A stretch of DNA of 64,000 nucleotides from an uncultured Gemmatimonadales bacterium (GTDB lineage Bacteria > Gemmatimonadota > Gemmatimonadetes > Longimicrobiales > RSA9): assembly GCA_963708135.1 (NCBI GenBank), contig OY970192.1:4864001-4928000 (forward strand), given 5' to 3'. Positions 56,784 through 64,000 of the stretch are shown here, in pieces. The position numbers and the translations under genes were made by a program. How positions within the stretch are numbered: the first letter of the stretch is position 1; each line of letters opens with the position of its first letter. The notes below the pieces were generated by a model that saw nothing but the letters and a program-made list of their open reading frames with translations, had not been told where the DNA came from and searched no databases.

Positions 56784-57328
56784 CGCCCCTCCTCCTCGAC
56801 CGCGTCCGGCTTCAGGGCCCACGAGCCGAAGCCCGGCTGCTTCGCGCCCGGCGGATGCGAGTGGATCGCCTTCCACACCAGCCCCGCGGAATACGCCCGG
56901 GGCGAGATGATGTACGTCTGGTCGCCCGCCCATGCGCCGTTCGCGTCGCGCCACTCGGCCGGCAGCTGGTTCCACATGCCGAGGTACCAGAGCGCCGCGA
57001 GGTTGCGCGCGATCGGGCCGAGCGTGGCGTCCTCCAGCAGCTCCGTCTTCACCAGCTGCTCGAGGAACGGCGGATCGCCGCCGCCGCGCACCTGGATGTC
57101 CGACCACCGCGTCAGCAGCCGGCCGAACAGCTCCTCTCCGATGGTCGACGGGATCAGGCCGTAGTAGGTCGGCAGCATCCCCGTGCCGTGCAGCTCGGCC
57201 TCATCGAACCCCGTGAGGATCACCGACAGGGCGACGAACTGCTCGATCGGCGTCCCGGGCTCCGGCACCGCCGCCGCGGCCGCGCCCTCGCTGCCGCCGC
57301 CCGGCCGCTTCGCACGCGTTGGGCTCAT
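56780..57328 (-). CDS. Small subunit-like partner of a GMC dehydrogenase (sorbitol dehydrogenase small-subunit-like)
   Basis: FVALSVILTGF, WYLGMW, YSAGLVW, HPPGAKQPGFGSWA; directly upstream of the GMC gene. Confidence 0.7.
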   Translation of the reverse strand: MSPTRAKRPGGGSEGAAAAAVPEPGTPIEQFVALSVILTGFDEAELHGTGMLPTYYGLIPSTIGEELFGRLLTRWSDIQVRGGGDPPFLEQLVKTELLEDATLGPIARNLAALWYLGMWNQLPAEWRDANGAWAGDQTYIISPRAYSAGLVWKAIHSHPPGAKQPGFGSWALKPDAVEEEGR

Positions 57329-57334
57329 GGTGCC

Positions 57335-58237
57335 TCACAGGTCCGCGTAGTAGGCGGTCGCCTCGGCGATGCAGGTGGGGCTGGCGAAGTGCTGGATCGC
57401 GGCCGGCGTCGCCGTCCCGATGAGACGCTCCATGTCCTGGCGCATCGGGTGCTCGCTGTTCCCGTACGAGATGGAGAACGCGCCGCTACCGGAGGGCACG
57501 GAGTACGTGTCGTACATGCCGAAATAGTTGCGCCGCGACGCCACCGGCCGCTCCGTCCCCCGGTCCCAGCTGAGGTCGATCCACTCCGACATGTTCGAGG
57601 TCACCGGGCCGAGCCCCGACAGGTCCGCCGTGGCCTTGTAGATCGTCGCGTCCGCCTTCGGCGAGTCGTAGCAGGTCCAGTCCCAGCCCGTCACCCCCGG
57701 GAGGTTCGCCGAGGGCGCCGTGTAGGCGTAGGCCGCGAGGAACTTGTTCTCGAAGAAGAGCTGCTGCCCGAAGGCCACGGCGATCGCGTCGTCGCAGGCC
57801 ACCCACAACCGGAAGTTGCCCACCCGCTTCGTCTGCTCGCCCAGCAGTAGATAATCCTTCAGCGAGAGACCCTGCGGGACGCGCTCCCCGACCTTCGTGG
57901 CGTACGCCGCCACGTTGACCTCCGTCTCGTTGAACCCGGAGATCCCGGGGTTGCCCGGCTGCCCCGTGCCGTACAGCGCCGCCGCGTTGAAGAAGTTGAT
58001 GTTCACCGCCCCCTTCCCGCCGAAATCGTACGGCGTGCACTGGAACGGCTCCAGGTACGACGTGAGCAGCTCCAGGTCCACGCTCCACCAGGCCCACAGC
58101 GACTGGATACCCGCGTAAAAGAAGCCCGTCGTCGCCGGCACCTCGAGCGTGCCGTTCGACTGCGTCGTGACCTGAATGTTCGGGATCTTCACTTTCGCGG
58201 GGAGCGGCGGGATCGGGCCAGCATTGGCCGGTGGCAT
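57335..58237 (-). CDS. Hypothetical protein, possibly acetoacetate decarboxylase-like fold
   Basis: RBS GGAGG; pattern L.P..., FNETEV, AVAFGQQLFFENK reminiscent of ADC G-R-E-..G-.-P-K; the fold call is tentative. Confidence 0.6.
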   Translation of the reverse strand: MPPANAGPIPPLPAKVKIPNIQVTTQSNGTLEVPATTGFFYAGIQSLWAWWSVDLELLTSYLEPFQCTPYDFGGKGAVNINFFNAAALYGTGQPGNPGISGFNETEVNVAAYATKVGERVPQGLSLKDYLLLGEQTKRVGNFRLWVACDDAIAVAFGQQLFFENKFLAAYAYTAPSANLPGVTGWDWTCYDSPKADATIYKATADLSGLGPVTSNMSEWIDLSWDRGTERPVASRRNYFGMYDTYSVPSGSGAFSISYGNSEHPMRQDMERLIGTATPAAIQHFASPTCIAEATAYYADL

Positions 58238-58548
58238 GACGCAGCCTCCAGGGGGAGAGGATCGGGAAATGTCGGGGAATGCGCGGGCCTGTGACGCAAC
58301 AGGCAGGTAACCGCCGTGGATCGGCCGCGCAAGGGCGTCCACCGCCTTGGCATGCCGGCGGCCGGCGGCCTGCCGCCTTCGCCGACCCCGTCCGCGCCCG
58401 GTGCAGTCGAGGGGCGTCGCCGGCAGGACCTTCCGGCGGGGGCACTCCGGCGGGGCTGCGCTCCCGGCGGTGGGCGCTCCCGGCGGTGGGCGCCGGTCTA
58501 CGGCGCAAAGTACTTGACAACGCGCGGGAACAGCGCGACCATTCCCTC

Positions 58549-59163
58549 ATGCACGACGCACCCGCGCGACGAACGAACGACTCCGCGCCCGTGGCGCTCC
58601 ACGACCGCGCCGCCGACAACCTCCGCTACATCCGCGAGGCGATGGAGCGGGCCGGCGCCTTCACGGCCGTGCCGGGGTGGGGCGGCGTGATCATGGGTAC
58701 GACGGCGGTGGCCGTGGCGGCCCTCGCCGCGCGCCAGCCGACCCCCGGGCGCTGGCTGGCGCTGTGGCTGGGGGAGGCGGTGGTGGCGGTGGCGATCGCG
58801 GTGGTGGCGATGGCCGTGAAGGCGCGCCGGGCGGAGTCGCGCCTCTTCTCCGCCGTCGGCCGCAAGTTCGTCCTGAGCTTCCTGCCGCCGGTGCTCGCGG
58901 GCGCCATCCTGACGGCCGCGCTCGCGCGCGCCGGCTTCCTCACGCCGATCCCCGGCATCTGGCTCCTGCTCTACGGCGTGGGGGTCGTCACGGCGGGGAC
59001 GTATTCGGTCCGGGCCGTGCCGATCCTGGGCGGCTGCCTCATCGTCCTGGGCGCCGCGGCGCTCTTCTCGCCGCCGACGTGGGGTGACGCGTATCTGGCG
59101 GCGGGCTTCGGCGGCCTCCAGATCGGCTTCGGCCTGTGGATCGCGCGGAGGCACGGTGGCTAG
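58549..59163 (+). CDS. Multi-pass membrane protein (~204 aa)
   Basis: LHDRAADNLRYIREAMERA followed by ~6 hydrophobic helices; FGGLQIGFG. Confidence 0.8.
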   Translation: MHDAPARRTNDSAPVALHDRAADNLRYIREAMERAGAFTAVPGWGGVIMGTTAVAVAALAARQPTPGRWLALWLGEAVVAVAIAVVAMAVKARRAESRLFSAVGRKFVLSFLPPVLAGAILTAALARAGFLTPIPGIWLLLYGVGVVTAGTYSVRAVPILGGCLIVLGAAALFSPPTWGDAYLAAGFGGLQIGFGLWIARRHGG

Positions 59164-59560
59164 GCGCGGCGCGGTGCGGAAGACGGAGGCCGGAGCGTCC
59201 GCGGGCGACGACGCGCCGGCGGAGGGACGCATGGGCGTGGCGAGCGGCGGCGCGGCCGAGGCGAGCCCGGTCACCCTGGACCGGCTCATCCACGGGCGGG
59301 TCCGCCTGGGAATCGTGAGCGCGCTCGCCGTGAACGACGCGCTCAGCTTCAACGACCTGAAGTCCACCCTCGGCATCACCGACGGCAACCTCAGCGCCCA
59401 CGCCCGCAAGCTCGAGGAGGCGGGCTACGTCAACTGCGTCAAGTCCTTCGAGGGCCGCGTCCCGAGGACCGAGTACCGGCTGACGCAGAAGGGGCGCGCG
59501 GCGCTCGGGCGCTACGTGGACCACATGGAGGCGCTGATCGGCACGCTGCGCGAGGGGTGA
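59156..59560 (+). CDS. Winged-helix transcriptional regulator (ArsR/MarR-like)
   Basis: LDRLIHGRVRLGIVSAL, LSFNDLK, TDGNLSAHARKLEEAGYV, PRTEYRLT; start uncertain. Confidence 0.85.
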   Translation: MARRGAVRKTEAGASAGDDAPAEGRMGVASGGAAEASPVTLDRLIHGRVRLGIVSALAVNDALSFNDLKSTLGITDGNLSAHARKLEEAGYVNCVKSFEGRVPRTEYRLTQKGRAALGRYVDHMEALIGTLREG

Positions 59561-59644
59561 GGGGAACGCACATGAGCCCCGCACATGGGTGCGCCTCGGC
59601 TCCGTCCTGTAACGGCGGCCATTTTTTTGAGAGGCAACTTTGAC

Positions 59645-60451
59645 ATGCAAAGAGCTTTGACGAACCCGGAAACCGCCGGCCAGGACGCGGCGCGCAACGA
59701 CGCCGGCACGACCCACGTCGCCATCATCATGGATGGCAACGGCCGCTGGGCGGCGCGACGGGGACGGCCGCGCTCGGACGGGCACCGGGCGGGGGCGCAG
59801 GCGGTACGGCGGGTGGTGGAGGCGGCGCCGGGCGTCGGGATCACCGACCTGACCCTCTATGCGTTCTCGTCGGACAACTGGGCCCGTCCGGCCCGCGAGG
59901 TGTCGGCGCTCCTGGGACTGCTCGGGGACTACCTGCGGCGGGAGGCGCCGCGCTGCCGGGCGGAGGGGGTGCGCGTGAGCGTGATCGGGCGGCGGGATCG
60001 CCTGCCGGCGGCGCTGCGCCGGGCGATCGGGCGTGCGGAGGCCACCACGGAGGGCGGAACGCGGCTCCACCTCCGGCTGGCGCTGGACTACTCGGCGCGG
60101 GACGCGCTGGTCGAGGCGGCGGCGCGCGCGCGGGCCGCGGGGCGGGGCGGAGCGGACGGCGTATTACGCGACGAGCGGCGGGAGCGACGGGAGGCGTTCG
60201 CTCGCGCGCTCGCGGACGGTCTCGGCGCCCGCCTGCCGGTGCCCGATGTGGATCTGCTCATCCGGACCGGAGGCGAGCAGCGCCTCAGCGACTTCCTCCT
60301 GTGGGAGTGCGCCTACGCGGAGCTGTACTTCACGGCGTGTCCGTGGCCGGAGTTCGGGTCGGCGGCGCTCGCCGAGGCAGTGGCGGAGTACCGCCGGCGC
60401 GAGCGGCGCTTCGGGCGGGTGGGGCCGGTGGCGGTGGAGCGGGCCGGCTGA
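59645..60451 (+). CDS. uppS: cis-prenyltransferase (undecaprenyl diphosphate synthase family)
   Basis: [57 protein letters not shown]. Confidence 0.92.
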   Translation: MQRALTNPETAGQDAARNDAGTTHVAIIMDGNGRWAARRGRPRSDGHRAGAQAVRRVVEAAPGVGITDLTLYAFSSDNWARPAREVSALLGLLGDYLRREAPRCRAEGVRVSVIGRRDRLPAALRRAIGRAEATTEGGTRLHLRLALDYSARDALVEAAARARAAGRGGADGVLRDERRERREAFARALADGLGARLPVPDVDLLIRTGGEQRLSDFLLWECAYAELYFTACPWPEFGSAALAEAVAEYRRRERRFGRVGPVAVERAG

Positions 60452-60487
60452 GGCGGCGGACGGATCAGACCTCCAGTCGTCCCGGTC

Positions 60488-60515
60488 TTGACCCATCCAT
60501 GACTATTGATACATT
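60488..60515 (+). promoter_or_regulatory. arsR promoter with ArsR-type operator
   Basis: TTGACC-16-TACATT, 6 nt before the ATG; ATCCA-N6-TTGAT imperfect palindrome at 60495-60510. Confidence 0.65.
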
Positions 60516-60521
60516 TCCTTC

Positions 60522-60854
60522 ATGACGAACGACACGCTGCAGCACGACGCGCTGCTCCAGCGCTTCCAGGCCGTGGCCGAGGAGACGCGCTTCCGGATCG
60601 TCCAGCTCCTGGCGGACGGAGAGCGGTGCGTGTGCGAGCTCCAGGACCAGCTCGACGCCGCGCAGTCGCGCCTCTCCTTCCACCTGAAGAAGCTAAAGGA
60701 CGCCGGCGTGGTGGCGGACCGCAGGGACGGGCGCTGGGTCCACTACTCGCTGGTACCGGAGGCGCTGGAGGAGATGCGGGTTTTTTTGGGCGAGGTGAAG
60801 CCGGCGGAGGGATGGCTGCCGGTGGTGTCTCGCGAGGATGGCTGCTGCGGTTGA
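60522..60854 (+). CDS. ArsR/SmtB family metalloregulator
   Basis: RFRIVQLL, ERCVCEL, QSRLSFHLKKLKDAG, C-terminal CC. Confidence 0.92.
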   Translation: MTNDTLQHDALLQRFQAVAEETRFRIVQLLADGERCVCELQDQLDAAQSRLSFHLKKLKDAGVVADRRDGRWVHYSLVPEALEEMRVFLGEVKPAEGWLPVVSREDGCCG

Positions 60855-61153
60855 GCGGCGGGTCGTCTCCAGTCCTTCCCCAACTCTTCTGACGACAACT
60901 CTTTCCACGACTCCTTCCACGATCGGATCGGGGCCTCGCCGGGGCGCAGATCGGAACGGGGCTTGCGGCGCTGCGCCTTGGGCGCGGCGCGGGGAGCTTC
61001 GAGGCCCCCCGCGGGATCCAGGGAGTCCCCGTGGGCCGCGCACCCGGCCGCGCCGCGCGAGGCCGGTGAGCCGAGATGAGCCGCGGGCCGGCGGCCGCCG
61101 CGACGCAGGCCGCGCGGGGGCGGGCCCGGAGCCGGAACCGGGAAAGAGGAATC

Positions 61154-64000
61154 ATGGCCGTCGTCGCTTCGGAAGTCAGGCGCTGGACGAGCAGCGTGCC
61201 CGCCGCCGATACGTACGCGAAGGAAGCGCCGTCGCTGGCGCGCGAGCTCGGGCGCCGCACGGAGGCGGAGATCCGCTTCGAGCCGGGGGACCGCTCGCTC
61301 TACGCGACGGATCTCTCGGTCTTCCGCCAGCTGCCGATCGGGGTGGTGATCCCGCGCACGGTCGAGGACGTCATCGAGACGGTCGCGATCTGCCGCGAGC
61401 ACGATGTCCCGGTGCTCGCGCGAGGCGGCGGCACGGCGCTGGCTGGCCAGACCTGCAACCTGGCCGTGGTGATCGATTTCTCGAAGCACCTCCACGAGAT
61501 CCTGGAGTACCGTCCCGGGGAGCGCTACGCGTGGGTTCAGCCGGGCGTGATCTGCGACCAGCTCCGCCACCGCGCGTGGAAGGACCAGCTCACGTGGGCG
61601 CCCGATCCCGCCACGCACGCCTACAACACCTTCGGCGGCATGATCGGCAACAACTCGTGCGGCGCGCACTCGGTGATGGGCGGGAAGACGGTGGACAACA
61701 TCGAGGCGCTGGAGGTGCTGACGTACGAGGGGGAGCGCTTCACGGTGGGCCGGGTGGGCACGGAGGCGGAGCTGGAGCGGATCATCCGGGCGGGCGGAGC
61801 GAAGGGACGGATCCACGCGGCGCTGCGGGAGCTCCGCGACCGTTACGCGGACGAGATCCGGGCGCGTTATCCGCGGATCCCGCGGCGGGTCTCCGGCTAC
61901 AACCTGGACGACCTGCTGCCGGAGAAGGGATTCCACGTGGCGCGTGCGCTCGTGGGCAGCGAGGGCACGCTGGTCACGGTGCTCGGGGCGAAGGTGCGGC
62001 TGATCCCGCGGCCGCCGAAGCGCTCACTCCTGGTGCTGGGCTACGACAGCATGGGAGAGGCGGGCGACCACGTCCCGGAGCTGCTCGCGCTCGAGCTCAC
62101 GGCGCTCGAGGGGATCCACGAGTCCGTGCCGCGGAACATGGCGACGAAGGGGCGTCCTCTCGCCGGCGCGAGGCTGCTGCCCGAGGGCCGCATGTTCCTC
62201 ATGGCGGAATTCGGCGGCAGCTCGCAGGAGGAGGCGAACGCGCGGGCCGAGGACGCGCGGCGCCGGGTCGAGGCGGCCGGCGGCCACCGCGGGCTGCGCG
62301 TGTTCGACAACAAGGAGGACGTGTCGGCGATCTGGGAGATCCGCGAGTCCGGCGTGGGGGCCTCGCGGGTGGACCACACCGAGGCCGGCTGGCCCTGCTG
62401 GGAGGACACGGCGGTGGACCCGGAGAAGGAGGGCGACTACCTGCGCGAGCTCGAGGCGCTGCTCGACCGTTACCAGTACAAGTGGACCGGCTACGGCCAC
62501 TTCGGGCAGGGGTGCTTCCACATCCGGATCGACTTCGACTTCGGCACACCGCAGGGCGTGGCGCAGTACCGCGCGTTCGCGGACGACCTCTCGGACCTGG
62601 TGGTGGAGTATGGCGGCGCGCTCTCCGGCGAGCACGGCGACGGGCAGGCGCGCGCCGAGTTCCTGCCGAAGATGTTCGGGCCGGAGCTGATCGAGGCGTT
62701 CCGCGAGTACAAGCGGATCTGGGATCCGCGGCTGATGATGAATCCGGGCAAGGTGGTGGACCCCTACCCGATCGACACGAACCTGCGGGTCGGCCCGGAC
62801 TACCACCCGGTCGAGCCGGGCCTGCACTTCCGTTTCCCGCAGGACCGCGGCAGCATGGCGCTGGCCACGCAGCGCTGCTTCGGGGTGGGGAAGTGCCGGC
62901 AGCCCGAGGGCGAGCTGAGCATGTGCCCGTCGTTCCAGGTGCTGCGCGACGAGAAGCACACGACGCGCGGCCGGGCGCACCTGCTCTTCGAGGCGATGCG
63001 GGACGGCTCGCTGCTGGCGGGGGAGGGGATGCGGAGCGACTACGTGCGGGAGTCTCTGGATCTCTGCCTCGCGTGCAAGGGGTGCAAGGGCGACTGCCCC
63101 GAGGACGTGGACATCGCGACCTACAAGGCCGAGTTCCTCTCCCACTACTACGATGGCCGCCTGCGGCCGCGGCAGGCGTATGCGTTCGCGCTGATCGAGT
63201 GGTGGGCGCGGCTCGCGTCGCTGTCTCCGGACGCGGTGAACCTCCTGACGCACACGCCGGGGCTCAGCCGCGGGGCCAGGTGGGCGGCGCACGTCGCGCC
63301 GGAGCGCGAGATCCCGCGCTTCGCCGCGCGCACCTTCACGCGCTGGTGGCGCGAGCGTCCCCGCCGGCCGGGCACCGGCTCCGCGGCGATCCTCTGGCCG
63401 GACACCTACAACAACCACTTCCATCCCGGCGTGCTGCAGGCGGCCGCGGAGGTGCTCGAGGAGGCCGGGCTGCGGGTGGTGGTGCCGCAGGACTTCATGC
63501 CGACGGGCCGGCCGCTCTACGACTGGGGCATGCTCGACCTGGCGCAGTGGCAGCTCCGGCGGATCCTGCGGACGCTGCGGGAGGCGATCCGCGCGGGCAC
63601 CCCCGTGGTCGTGCTCGAGCCGAGCGACGCATCGGTCTTCCGCCACGAGCTCGGGCAGCTCTTCCCGGACGACGACGACGCGCGTGCGCTCGCCCGCCAG
63701 ACCTTCACGCTCGCCGAGTTCCTCTCCGACCACGCCGACGGCTGGAGCCCGCCGCGCCTCGAGCGGAAGGCGCTCGTGCACGTGCATTGCCACCACCGCG
63801 CCGTCCTGGGCGAGGCGGAGGACCTGGCGCTGCTCGAGCGCATGGGCGTCGAGGCCGAGGTCCCCGACCCCGGCTGCTGCGGCATGGCGGGGCCGTTCGG
63901 CTTCGAGGATGGGCAGAAGCACGAGATCAGCGTGGCGCGCGCGGAGCAGCGGCTGCTGCCGGCGGTGCGGGACGCCGGGGAGGACACGCTCATCATCGCC
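61154..64000 (+). CDS. FAD-binding and Fe-S-binding oxidoreductase (YdiJ/D-lactate dehydrogenase-like), 3'-partial
   Basis: Missing from the ORF track because it has no stop in the window. RBS AGAGG; YATD, RGGGTALAGQ, GGMIGNNSCG, SGYNLD, SGEHGDG, CFGVGKC, CLACKGCKGDCP, HVHCHH, CCGMAG. Confidence 0.92.
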   Translation, partial: MAVVASEVRRWTSSVPAADTYAKEAPSLARELGRRTEAEIRFEPGDRSLYATDLSVFRQLPIGVVIPRTVEDVIETVAICREHDVPVLARGGGTALAGQTCNLAVVIDFSKHLHEILEYRPGERYAWVQPGVICDQLRHRAWKDQLTWAPDPATHAYNTFGGMIGNNSCGAHSVMGGKTVDNIEALEVLTYEGERFTVGRVGTEAELERIIRAGGAKGRIHAALRELRDRYADEIRARYPRIPRRVSGYNLDDLLPEKGFHVARALVGSEGTLVTVLGAKVRLIPRPPKRSLLVLGYDSMGEAGDHVPELLALELTALEGIHESVPRNMATKGRPLAGARLLPEGRMFLMAEFGGSSQEEANARAEDARRRVEAAGGHRGLRVFDNKEDVSAIWEIRESGVGASRVDHTEAGWPCWEDTAVDPEKEGDYLRELEALLDRYQYKWTGYGHFGQGCFHIRIDFDFGTPQGVAQYRAFADDLSDLVVEYGGALSGEHGDGQARAEFLPKMFGPELIEAFREYKRIWDPRLMMNPGKVVDPYPIDTNLRVGPDYHPVEPGLHFRFPQDRGSMALATQRCFGVGKCRQPEGELSMCPSFQVLRDEKHTTRGRAHLLFEAMRDGSLLAGEGMRSDYVRESLDLCLACKGCKGDCPEDVDIATYKAEFLSHYYDGRLRPRQAYAFALIEWWARLASLSPDAVNLLTHTPGLSRGARWAAHVAPEREIPRFAARTFTRWWRERPRRPGTGSAAILWPDTYNNHFHPGVLQAAAEVLEEAGLRVVVPQDFMPTGRPLYDWGMLDLAQWQLRRILRTLREAIRAGTPVVVLEPSDASVFRHELGQLFPDDDDARALARQTFTLAEFLSDHADGWSPPRLERKALVHVHCHHRAVLGEAEDLALLERMGVEAEVPDPGCCGMAGPFGFEDGQKHEISVARAEQRLLPAVRDAGEDTLIIA

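Noticed and set aside
58430..58500. Short 16-bp duplication (cgctcccggcggtggg), and 12-bp repeats near 60895-60920
   Set aside because: Only two copies each, consistent with ordinary slippage
60743..63996. Long minus-strand ORFs (397 and 632 aa) and similar antisense ORFs throughout the window
   Set aside because: Antisense shadows of high-GC genes; the plus strand carries the recognisable motifs

Overview
Very GC-rich bacterial DNA. The gene content resembles Gemmatimonadota, which is an inference and was not tested. Bases 1-30013 hold a head-to-tail, mostly translationally coupled array of 12 Hanks-type Ser/Thr kinase gene copies: 10 full-length (one cut by the window edge), one with an in-frame internal deletion and one truncated stub. 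The full-length copies have a near-identical N-terminal kinase domain, one TM helix and highly divergent TolB/PD40-like beta-propeller ectodomains. An inverted vapBC module and an exported S9 peptidase interrupt the array. Downstream lie a split ThDP decarboxylase, two AbiEi-like/DUF559 genes (one with an in-frame stop) surrounded by several repeat families, marR-doxX, an SSS symporter, a PotABCD-like ABC transporter, a dimethylargininase and a LytS/LytTR pair. A segment bounded by a 37-bp direct repeat carries a fluoride riboswitch, two convergent dynamin-like GTPases and a CTAG-flanked MITE. The rest of the window holds TetR-cupin-ABM, an ADC-like/GMC/ferritin-like operon, a membrane protein-wHTH-uppS locus, arsR and a 3'-partial FAD/Fe-S oxidoreductase. 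The strongest candidates for undescribed systems are the constant-kinase/variable-sensor receptor array with mosaicism, the AbiEi-DUF559 gene with its palindromic repeat elements, and the fluoride-riboswitch-controlled dynamin. All calls come from reading motifs by eye; no database searches were run.
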